Below, piece by piece: positions 52,780 through 64,000 of a DNA stretch of 64,000 bases. The DNA comes from Octopus vulgaris. Lineage: Eukaryota. A program made the position numbers and the translations under genes. The notes beneath the pieces are model-generated. The model was not told the origin of the DNA. It saw nothing but the letters and a program-made list of their open reading frames with translations, and did not search any database. The DNA is taken from assembly GCA_951406725.2 (NCBI GenBank), contig OX597818.1, positions 70,184,001 to 70,248,000 on the forward strand, read 5' to 3'. Positions within the stretch are counted from its first letter, which is position 1. Each line of letters begins with the position of its first letter.

Positions 52780-53055
52780 AATTGATTCAATCAATGGAAC
52801 AGCCTGCTCATGAAATTAACATGCATGTGGGCGAGTACTCCACAGACATAGGAACCTTTAACATAGTTCTCAAAGTGATTCAGCACGACACAGAATGGGA
52901 CAAGGCTGGCCTTTTGAATTACAGGTACAATTGATTTTTGCCAGGTGATGTACTGGAGCAACATGAAGTAAAAGTGTCTTGCTCAAGGTAAAAAGGCACC
53001 ACCAGGAATCAAACTCACAACCACAGCTATATACCCTAACCACTGAGACATGTAC
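52780..53055 (-). mobile_element. SINE family B
   Basis: AAAGTGTCTTGCTCAAGG CORE-like block and CCCTAACCACT head; body shared with 5125-5471. Confidence 0.8.
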
Positions 53056-54311
53056 CTTTACTCTTCCAATATCAATACAATAAAATATTAATGAAGTACT
53101 GGGGCTTGGTGCTATCAACTGGCCCCTTCCTTTCAAAATTCCAAACCTTGTGCTTCAATCAGCTATCATTACTAAACCAATGTTTAAAGAATAAATTAAC
53201 ACAAAGTTATGATGGAAGGTTTTAATCTCCTTCACTTTAAAACAGGAATTTTGTATCAAAGAACCAGAGCAGATTGGTCTCAAAAGAGACACATATTAAA
53301 GAATAATCTAAGGTAAAGAATTCCACCTGCAATAGGTTCACAACCTTTTGAAGAAGCAAGGGTTTTACCTTTCAATAGTTCCTCACTATGAAACTGAATC
53401 AAAGTCTTATGGAAAGTTTATAGAAATTTATGTTTTTGTATTTCCCAGAATATAAAAGTTAGTGAGGTGGACTTTGTGTCAACATAAACAACTAATAAAA
53501 TATTTACAAAAAAAGCATTGGCAAGAGGTGTTTATGTTGGCATGCTATAAGAGCTAAAGACCAACATTTCAGAGATGTTCTTTTGTGAAGGAAGATAAAC
53601 AAGCTGTCAAACTCAGCAAGATTTGAACCAGAAACACCATGCAGCCATCGCATTGCATTTGTCATCCAGTTCAGGATGGTATTCAGCTGCTAAGCAAATG
53701 ACTTATACATTTCATTTATCTTTTCTTTGGTTGATTGTAAAAGATGAAAGTTCACAAGTTCCTGCTGTGTGTGAGAGATAAGAGTATGCGTCTGTCTTTT
53801 AGCTGCCATTGTAAAAGGAACATATCAGATAAGCAGGAAGCTCTTACCACAGAAATCAATATCTCTTCAAGTCTAATCCATATGACTTTGAGAGGAAAAG
53901 ATGGTTGTGGTAGGGGTTAGAATGTCAGCAGACATTAACCAACACTGGTTAAGTCTCAGACATTTTACTATAAATTTTAAAAGTACATAGAAGGGTCAGT
54001 GATCCCAAAGAAAGGACTGTCACACAGGAAATTTTATTTCAAAAGAATTAAGTTTAAATGAATATCACTGCCATCATCGACCGTCTTGTAATTCAGAAAG
54101 ATATCTATCTGAGTGAATATTTATGATAATGAGTTTCACATTTGATGTGTTAACTTCATTCCCTCAGCTTTGTCTCTCGGACAGGCCAAAAAAACTGTGG
54201 ACGGTTGTTTCATTACACTTTAGACATCATCTCATGTAACTGAATTTAGATCCTAACATTTAGTATTTCCTGTTGCCTTTAATGCTGTTGAATTAATGTA
54301 GATTGCTTTAA

Positions 54312-54531
54312 CCCTTATGTGGCCATAGTTGTGTTAAAATACACAACCCATGTTTCGATTAGGTTTGAAAATAATAAAGAATTTATTGAAATAACTTTGT
54401 CAGCATTAAAATGGAGTTTGAGTATAAATGATCTTGGAACTGTAAAGGAAGGTTTAATTTCGATCATTTCAAAATATGAAGTTTGTATCATAGAAGAAAG
54501 GTGGGCACAAGGTGGGTTAGTATCAAGATGG
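54312..54531. mobile_element. piggyBac-like MITE with TTAA target-site duplication (TSD)
   Basis: TTAA|CCCTT...ATGG|TTAA (54308-11 and 54532-35); multi-copy in the window. Confidence 0.65.
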
Positions 54532-54778
54532 TTAAAGACTCAACAATTTGCAGAATTATTTTACAAAAATAAGAAAAGGTAAAATTAACAAAAACTGAGA
54601 AAAATAATGAGATTAGGTTAATACTGTCAGCATTTTAATTCTTCAGTCAGTTCTAAAATGCTTATTTTTGTGTGGGAAGTAATTTTGTATCAGCAATTTT
54701 AACTGAGCAGTTTTTCAGTAAGTTCAGTTCTGTTTGGGGTTGAGTCCAGTTTGTCATAACTAGGTCCTTCTTCTGTTA

Positions 54779-54831
<53 letters not shown>

Positions 54832-54876
54832 TAATAATATAGATGTCGTACAGTGTACAATATTGTGAGGTTGTTG

Positions 54877-54914
<38 letters not shown>

Positions 54915-55230
54915 TATTATTATTATTATTATTATTATTATTGACATCACACAGTATACAATAATAATAATAATAATAATTGTTATTATTATTATTGACA
55001 TCACACAGTATACAATAATAATAATAATAATAATTGTTATTATTATTATTATTATTATTTACTCAACTGAAGGACCTAGATTTTTTTATTATTATCATTA
55101 TTATCTCTCTCCCTCAGATTTCCTCATCATTTGTCAAAGCATCCAAACAATAAGGAATCTGGTGAATCTAGAATTGTTGTGAAACTAAAAACACATTTTG
55201 AAAGACAGAAAATAGTTTTACACCAATTCA

Positions 55231-55590
55231 CAGATGGGCTTCTTTCAGTTTCTGTTTACCAAATCCACTCACAAGGCTTTGGTCGGCCCAAGGCTATAGT
55301 AGAAGATACTTGCCTAAGGTGCCACACAGTGGGACTGAACCCGGAACCATGTGGTTGGTAAGCCAACTACTTACCACACTGCCACTCCTGCACCTATTTA
55401 TATACATATATATATATATACACATACACGACGGGCTTCTTTCAGTTTCCGTCTACCAAAGCCACTCACAAGGCTTTGGTTGGCCCAAGGCTATTGCAGA
55501 AGACGCTTGTGAAGCTGATACACAGTGAGACTGAACCTGAAACCTTGTGGTTGGGAAGCAAACTTCTTACCACACAGCCAGGCCTGCACC
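55231..55590 (-). mobile_element. Two tandem SINE family A copies
   Basis: 55231-55394 and 55427-55590, same orientation, separated by (TA)n. Confidence 0.88.
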
Positions 55591-56015
55591 TTGGTTTGCT
55601 TGTATAATCTTGTATAATATTTCTGTTGAAATAATGAGGCTGTGTTTTAATCCAGTTTGGAAAATTATGAAGAATTCAGTAAAATAACTTGTTGATTATT
55701 AAACTAATGTTTGGTACATACGATGGCATGAAATTTGAATGGAAGTTTTTAATTTAGTTGACATTGAAACAGGAAATTTTTATCGAAGATCCAGGAATGG
55801 TTTTGGACAGGTTGGAATGAAAAAGGACAAACCTTTGAGAAATTTATCATCAATAACGATGAAGTTAATAATGCAAATAATTACAATAGCCACAGCTCAC
55901 CATTAAAATTAATGAGAATATACATTGCCTTGAATTGTACTGACTCTGGCTTTGTGATTAAAAAGTTTGCATCTCAACCATATGACTTCAAATTCATCTT
56001 ACTCTGTAGCATCTA

Positions 56016-56254
56016 TTTCTTTACCACCCACAAGGGGGGGGGGGGCTAAACACAGAGAGGATAAACAAGGACAGACAAACGGATTAAGTCTATTACATCG
56101 ACCCCAGTGCGTAACTGGTACTTATTTAATCGACCCCGAAAGAATGAAAGGCAAAGTCGACCTCAGCGGAATTTGAACTCAGAACGTAGCGGCAGACAAA
56201 ATACCGCTAAGCATTTCGCCTGGCGTGCTAACATTTCTGCCAGATCGCCACCTA
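56016..56254 (-). mobile_element. Young tRNA-derived SINE family C with a perfect 16-bp TSD, nested in an old family A SINE
   Basis: TACTCTGTAGCATCTA at 56000-56015 and 56255-56270. B-box GAGTTCAAATT; central GTCGACTTTGCCTTTCATTCTTTCGGGGTCGATTAAATAAGTACCAG, a Meta/Nin-type domain from memory. Confidence 0.92.
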
Positions 56255-58134
56255 TACTCTGTAGCATCTAGGACAAGTGTCTCCTACTAATGCTCTGGGT
56301 TGACCATTACTCTGTAAGTGAATTTGGTAGATAGGACCTGTCACAAGTCTGGTGTAAATGTTTATATATATGTGTGTGTGTGTTTATGTATGTGCACAAA
56401 CATGTGTGAATATTAATGATTTGTCAATGGTTGAGCAAAATCGTGATGTTTAAATTTACTAGTGGACATTCTAAAACATTGGGTCATGTTTATTGAAAAC
56501 CTGCTGAATAAAACCGAAAATCATTTACTTGAAAAATAGATGAAGGTTGGTGACAGCAAGAACACCCAACTGTGAAATCTTGCCTCAAAATTGAATTTCA
56601 TTCAAATCATGCTAGCATAGAAAAACATGGATTTTGAACAAATGGATGAATTTTGTGGCTAATGTGATTAACACATGGACTACCATGTAGTCATACAATG
56701 GTGTTAGCTGCCATGTAGCGATACAAAGGTGTTAACTGTCATGTGACTCATCATTATTGTCTTCAGAAGAATCACTACTCTAATAAAAACCTCCACCGCA
56801 GAAATAAAAATGTGTCTGCCTGAATTTGCAGAACTGTCCCTCTTCATTCTGTTAGCGTTTCCTTTTCTTCTGTCATTGCACTGTGGCCATGCTGGAGCAC
56901 CACTCTACTTATAGCCTTTTACATCAATTCCAGTACTTACTTTATTTTATCCACCTCTGAAAGGTAAAAGACAAAACGGATATAGCTGGAATTTGAACTC
57001 AGAACCTAATGGCACATAACCCAGTATTTCCTCCTGTTCTTGGCTAGATTTGCCATCCACCCACATGTTCAGGAAAGAGATATTTTTTTTAATTTAAGGG
57101 AAGTAAACATTGAGGACATAAATCTTATCTTTTCACTAATTCTGTCATTTTACCAAGACTTGAATCTATACTTTGGAGAATTGTTCCATAGTAAGAACTA
57201 TGTTTAAAACATGAATCTATGTCAACTCTCTGAATGTTTTAATTTGCATGCAGCATCTTGAATATAGAGAACTTTTGACAAAGTCACACTAGCACCACCA
57301 ATATGCAAATTAGCTTAACCATTGATAAGCCTGTAGCAGTATTTTTATTGTAGCAATAAGCTAGTAATAATCTCAACAGAATGGTGAAGTTAAGTGGAAA
57401 CTATTGAAGAATAACAATTCTGAAAGTCGTCTTTCTAATAATACCTCTGCCATTTTGATGAGAACTTGAGATGTATCCTGAAGATTTTTTTTCCACAGAA
57501 AGAAGTCTGTATAGATTTTCAACACACAAAATATACTTCAGAATACTGAATAATATCTTAGAATTCAACAACAATACAAGTTTCCTATCCTGCATTGAGA
57601 ACCAAATACCTGATTGTATTTCTGGCACTTGCTACTTGAAATCATGGAAAAGAAAAAGAAAAAAAAAAACACTTGAAGATAGAAAGAAGAAAAACCATCC
57701 ATATTACCACGTTTTCTTTCTTTATCTTTTTTTTTTTCTGCTATGCCAGATTAAAAATTGTTTTTATTATTTTCATGGGATGTCTTTCAAGTGTAACAAC
57801 TCCTGCACTGAGCTAATAATGCGTTCGGTCAAGGATGATGTTTTGCAGTTGATGATGTTACACGTGATGTTAACAATGGGGAACAAGCAAATCTACCGTC
57901 GTCGATATGAGCCATGACAACAGTCAATTTCAGATGGAAGAGATGTGCTTTTGAAGATTACACATCAAATGTATACGGATATGTTATAGGATTATATTAT
58001 ATATATTATATTGTATTTATGTAGTCATTCATATCTGAGAACATGTGTATGATTGCATCAGTACATGGACACAAGGATTTATGTGTACATCAGTAGATAC
58101 ATATGAATGCATAAGGTGTATCTCTGCACACGTG

Positions 58135-58170
<36 letters not shown>

Positions 58171-58403
58171 CAGACAGATAGATAGATATACATGTATGTG
58201 TGTGTTTATAAACTGTTTCTCTGTGTGTGTGAGTATATATACCTATAAAACATGAATGTGTATATATTGTGTTTGTGTGTGCATTATGCATCTGAGCATA
58301 TGTATCTGGGAAGATAAGATAAGATTACCAATTCCAACCTGACAGCTCTCTACAACCCATACTGCAGTGTGATCTCTAATCCTCTGTGTGTGGGTGCATA
58401 TAT

Positions 58404-58457
<54 letters not shown>

Positions 58458-60879
58458 CAAGAGAGAGGGGGGGAGAGAACATCATATGTTTATACTTTAT
58501 TGTTGTTGTTGTTGTTATTATCATTATCATTATTCAAGCACATAAGCACATATGCATCATCAAACATCAAATCATAACAGACACAAAGAATATTTCTGAG
58601 TGAGCTAGATGCATAAATTTGTTTATGCGTATATATGTGCAGGCACGAGTGTGTGTGTGTTGATGAACACTTGTGTGCTTACACGTTGAAACCTACAAGC
58701 TTACGTACACATTCCCACACAATTACGCCATGCCAGTGCAGTTAGTGAAAGTAGTGATGCAAACGGTGTAGTAAAGCCTTATCATTGCCTTTGATGCAGT
58801 GATGGCAGCCTTGTTAATATTCCAAAAGACTTCAGAGTGCCATTGCAAACAACAACAACAACAACGCTGCCAGTAACAACAACAACAACAACAACAGCAG
58901 CTTGCATCAAGTAGATCGTAATCAATTGCCACACAAGCTCATTTCTCAATGGCTTTTATCACACAGAGGAAGGCTGTTAGTGTAGAATTACATTAGCAAT
59001 CACTAAACAAAGAATGCTGTGAAATAAAAGACGAGAAATAGTCAGTAAAATTTTGGTACTTTAAAAGTTTCCTTCCAAAGGAACTTCACATTTTGACATT
59101 TAAAGAACTTAACTGAGGATGGATTCTGCTGAAATTGATATTTACAAGCAGCTGTAGAATTATGGAGGCTGTTTGCCCCATCTGCAGCAACATAACCAGG
59201 AAAATTTATAAAGTTGTATGTAATTGTGAGTGAATGCATGTGTGTGTGTGTGTGTATGCACGTGTGTGAATGCGAGTGTATATGTGTTTCCTTTCATTAG
59301 TTGATTTAGTTATGTATTATGACAATTTCTAATTTAATCTTGGGTAGGGCAAAATTAAATTTTAAAAAAATAATAATAATCAAGTTACAATGTCTAAATA
59401 AAATTTCATTTACTAGATATATTAAATTGTTGGAATTGTAATGGTTGCCATTTTTCTTGTTGTTAAAATTAATAATAATAATGATGATAATAATAATAAT
59501 AATAATGATATTATTATTATTATTTTTATTATTGATCAATTTCGATGATACAATAAATCTTTCGCAATGTTTATTTGTTATTTGCATTTCTGCTTTTCAC
59601 TTCATCGATAATAACAGAAAATTTGAAATAAATTTATAAACGAAGAATTAATGGATGGTTTCAGGCTTACGCTGTTTATACAAGCTGACATAAATTACTG
59701 CTTAATTCTTGGAACTCATTGGTTACAAATACGCACACACACACACACACACACACATGCAGATAGGTTTATATTAATATACCTAAAATCCTGGCATATG
59801 TAAACATATAAATATGCATTTTATCCAAATGTATTTTAAAATTTTGGCTACACTTTTATAATGATTTTATTTCCTCTTCGTTTGTATAAAATTGCAATAT
59901 TGTGTCTTTGTAATATTTGCAATAGGGAAGGCTGAGAATGGCAGAAGCTGTAATATGACAGAATCAGTGCCTTCTGGTATTTAATGCTGTCCCTTTATGT
60001 TATGAGTTCCTATCAATATCATTTTGCATCCTTCTGGCATGGAGAAGATAAGTCTGTAAATACACTTAACAGAATCAACTCATCGTAAAACTTCCAAGTG
60101 AAAAGTGCTTAAAATAAAGCATCACAGCTTATTTCAGCAATTATAAAATATTTTGGCCATTCTTTGTTGTGTGAATTCTTGGCCAGGCACCTACATAGCT
60201 CTGTGATTAAGAAGTTTGCTTTCCAACCCCATGGTTTTCTTTGGTCCTGAGCTGCAATGGAAGTCACTCGTGCAAGGTGACATGCACAGGATTGAACCTG
60301 GAACCATCCACTAACCACTCTGCCAATTTGCTGCTATGGATTGAGACTCTTTGACCTCAGAAAGATAAAAGACTAAGTTGACATTGACAGGATTTGAACT
60401 CAGAGCCAAAACAAATAATTGTTTCTAATTCAGGCAGAAATCCATCAGTTTTGATGGCAGGATTGGCCCGAATATTTGACTGGTACTTTCTGGTCAAGAG
60501 TGGAACGACTTTGATCATGGTTAATCAAGGGGAACCTAGAATAAAAACACATCAATGTAACCACTACAAGTCAATATCCTGCTAAAAATAGTAATGAAAT
60601 CCTTCTCAGTTACACATTACTATCTTTAAAAAAAAACAAGGCAGACGCTGGGCCCCTGATATTCAATAAGATGTTGAGCATTTAAGGGATGCAAATTAGT
60701 AGCTCCAGATTTCTGTAGTTTCTCAAATTGTAGAGTATATAAGCAGGTTGGCTGCTTGCTTCTCTGCGATTGGTCAAATTGAGGAACACATTGCTCACAA
60801 AAGCCGAACCACAGTTAAGAACAGATTAAGGCTTTTCATTTGCTTTAGAGAGAAAGAACTAAACTTTCCCTGATTATAT

Positions 60880-61260
60880 CTTTTACTTGTTTCAGTAATT
60901 AGGCTGTGGCCATGCTGGGGCACCACTATGAAGAATTTTTAGTTAAATGTATTGACCCCAGTTCTAATATTTTAAAGCCTGGTACTTATTCTATCAGTCT
61001 CTTTTGCCAAACTGCTAAGTTACATGGATGTTACACCATCACCAGCTGTCAACTGGTAGTGGGGAGACAAATACACACACACACATGCATACATACATAT
61101 ATGTGATGGGCTTCTTTCAGTTTCCGTCCACCAAATCCAGTCACAAGGCTTTGGTTGACCCAAGACTTTAGTAGAAGACACTTGCACAAAGTGCCACGTA
61201 GTTGGAGTGAACCCAAAACCATGTGGTTGGGAAGCAATTTTCTTACCTTACAGCCATTGC
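60880..61260 (-). mobile_element. SINE family A, long form
   Basis: Homologous to 21561-21955. Confidence 0.8.
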
Positions 61261-62429
61261 GAGAAAGAGACTGGAGTGGCATGGCTGGAATGCCATTGAT
61301 TTTAGGACTGCTGACCTGAAGTTAAACAATGACTACACACAAATATATACCTGCTACTGTATTTGGTTCATGTATATATATATATATATATATATACCAA
61401 TTCCTATGCACACATCTACAACCCCCCACCCCCCGCCATTTAAATTCTCGCACATTCTACCTTTTACCTCTCAAAATCATAACTGCAAGAAATGTAGCTG
61501 CTATTTCATAAACGTCACTCCTGTATCTTTATGCATCGTCTCATTTTCTCATCTCTTCTAGTTCGTGACTTGTAAACCTAGCAAGAACAGGTTTCCAAGA
61601 AGCTCACTTGTAACCAGTGACAACCAGCTGAGGTTACTTTCAAGGATCAAAGCAGTGCTTCAGTGGCAACTTATGAGATTCACCGACTGACTCTCCTCAC
61701 CCCCTATCACCCAAAAACGAAAACTACATCAAATAATTAATCATTTTATATATTATTAATTCTGTTTCATTGCTATAGGCTAAGCTTTTGGATTCACTTA
61801 CACCATATTCTTCAAACTAAAGTTTTAATTCTGCTCCAGGCATTCCTTTTAACAGCAGTCATCATATCTCTCATAAAGTAAAACATTATTTTCTGACCAA
61901 CTCTGAAGACTTTACATGTGAGAGATTTTCAACTCAACTCAACTCAACCTATCGTTTCCTTCATCTTAACCTTTCTCTGTTCTTCATAAATTTTCTCCTC
62001 AATTTCTTGCCTTCTTTCTTTCCTTTCTACTCTTCTCCTACCTTCTTTCTTCTTGCCTTCCTTCTCTTCTTTTTCCTACTTTTCACTCCCCTCTCCTCCC
62101 TTATCTCACTCTTCATCCCTTCATTCTTTCCCCTCCCTTAATGCTCTTATTCTTCTCTAACCACTCTCTCACCTCTTTCTCTTAGTCCTCATCATTACAA
62201 ATAATTTTAATAATTTATGAAATTAATTTTCACTCATCATTCCTTATCAATAATAATAACAATAACAATAATAATAATAATAATACTAATAAGTATTATG
62301 ATTATTATGATTATTATTATGATTATTATTATGATTATTATGATTATTATTATGATTATTATTATGATTATTATTATTATTATTATTATGATTATTATTA
62401 TTATTATTATTAGTAGTAGTAGTAGTAGT

Positions 62430-62645
62430 GTGGCAGGCTGGCAGAATCATTACTGCACCAGGCAAAATGGCCAGCAGAATTTTGTCCATCCTTACATTCT
62501 GAGCTCAAATTCCACCAAGGTTGAAGGCCGTTTCATCTTTCTGAATCAATAGAAAAAGTACCGATCAAGTACTGGAGTCGATGTAATCAACCTACCCCCA
62601 CTCCCTTCAAATCTGCTGGTTTTGTACCAAAATTTGAAACCATTA
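62430..62645 (+). mobile_element. SINE family C (older copy)
   Basis: TGGCAGAATC head, TTCTGAGCTCAAATTCC and AAGTACC core. Further copies at ~29325, 33235, 33460, 38930, 46336 and 49690. Confidence 0.7.
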
Positions 62646-63669
62646 TTATTAATGTTGTTGTTATTGTTATTATACAGCAGTCCTGTCATTAAAATATCTC
62701 ATCTCTCCCCAGTTAATTTATGATTTCAAAGAAAAAAATGTCAAAACGTTTTGAAGTTAAAAACTTAGAAAAAAACTATATTAAAAAATAATGCTTTTGT
62801 TTTTTTTAACCAGAAAATCTTGATAAAACAATCAAAGATGTCACAAGACAACATTGTATGGAGTTACATAGAAAAAGTATGTAAATAACATGTAAAAACA
62901 TGGCCAATCTCATTCAGAAACAAGCCAAGAGGAAGCTATCCTAAAAGGTCAAGCAGAGGTAGAAAATACCTATTTCCCCTCTATTGGCTATTACCACATG
63001 ACCATCATGCCTTGCTCCAGTTCACATTTCATTTGAGTGAAGCATCTGCTCCACCATGTTTTGTGCCAAGGACACATTTCACTTGTCAGCTGCTCCATTT
63101 GCTGTTAACAACTTCTGTATGGATGACTGGGAATGCTATGGCTGTTGGTAAATTGGTAAATTGTGACATCTCAAGCACTTCCATGATGGTGGCTTTGTGT
63201 GGTCGCTGTTTGTCAAATACATATTCCTCAACTCATCTCTTTTTGACAAAGCTACAGTCCTGGATCAAGCAAAGAATTGAGACAAAACATTTGACATCTA
63301 AAACACCATCTGGTGCCCACAGCCCCCTACTGATGTGGAAGGTGGAAGGTAAATGCTGGTGTTCTATAGAAGATTAATGTGGGCAAAAATAATGATGTTC
63401 TTGGGGAAACACCAGGCCTCACCAAACATCAGCTGCCTGGTCTGTTATGAAAGACTTTGGAGTTGGAATTTGAATCCTTTCCAGAAATCCCTAATCGGCT
63501 GGTACTACCAATGGGAGATTACAGTTGGTTTAAGTTAAACTCATATAGACAGGATGGATCCAGCAATCAGCCAAGTCCATTGTGGATATTATCTCATTGA
63601 CCTCCTTTGTCCAAGAAGAGGAAGCAGTTTCTATTTGTGAAACGGCCAAGGGTAATAATAATAATAATC

Positions 63670-64000
63670 ACTAAGAAATTGCTCAAGACAGTGAATAAGG
63701 AACAGGTGATCAAGTGTGGAATAGAAGAAAAGGATAAGAATGAAATTCCAAGAGAGCACGTTGGATAGATTGAAGAGAAACCTTTGTGTGGTCAATTTTG
63801 GAAAGCCATTGAGGATATATGCGGAACAAAATCCTGGGCTTGATTAGAAAAAAGGACAATACAAAAGAAACATGGAGTCTAATTCTAGCAGCCCAGGATG
63901 AAGAGATAAAAACAAACAACTTGTGAAAATATGTATAAGGGAAGAAGGTGTGAGAAAAGTGTAGAGTCTTTGGAATTTGAAATGAGAGAGTGGCACACAT
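63670..64000 (+). mobile_element. Second, older R4/Dong-type C-terminal fragment; runs off the window edge
   Basis: EKPLCGQFWK...SWA*L...KETWSLILAAQDEEIKTN...KCRVFGI*NERVAH parallels the 30065 ORF; preceded by (TAA)5. Confidence 0.7.

Noticed and set aside
57471-57917. 148-aa ORF
   Set aside because: It runs through poly-A/poly-T low-complexity DNA, with no domain or credible splice structure.
60685-60775. Octamer ATGCAAAT, TATATAA and ATTGG as an snRNA or histone-type promoter
   Set aside because: No downstream snRNA or ORF, and the motifs are expected by chance in AT-rich DNA.

Overview
This is an AT-rich, microsatellite-dense eukaryotic window with no intact gene. The repeat repertoire points to an octopod cephalopod (Octopus sp.); this is inferred from remembered repeat families, not from a database search. 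I found no confident host protein-coding exon, so the window looks like a gene desert or giant intron. Almost all ORFs in the supplied track are microsatellite or SINE artefacts. Recognisable content: RTE LINE fragments, whose reverse transcriptase (RT) carries an inserted PHD finger, and their hairpin-array 3' tails; two R4/Dong-type RLE elements next to (TAA)n; Penelope-like element (PLE) GIY-YIG remnants; a mellifera-type mariner; two maT (DD37D) deletion derivatives; Tc1-like and piggyBac-like MITEs; and three tRNA-derived SINE families (labelled A, B and C here). The most notable signal is a set of fold-back (inverted-duplication) elements lying mostly next to (TA)n tracts. The best one (24314-24725) has 179-bp arms with 3 mismatches, and each arm carries a complete PLE-type hammerhead ribozyme. 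Several other fold-backs or nearby relics keep hammerhead half-cores. Boundaries of old, decayed repeats are approximate.
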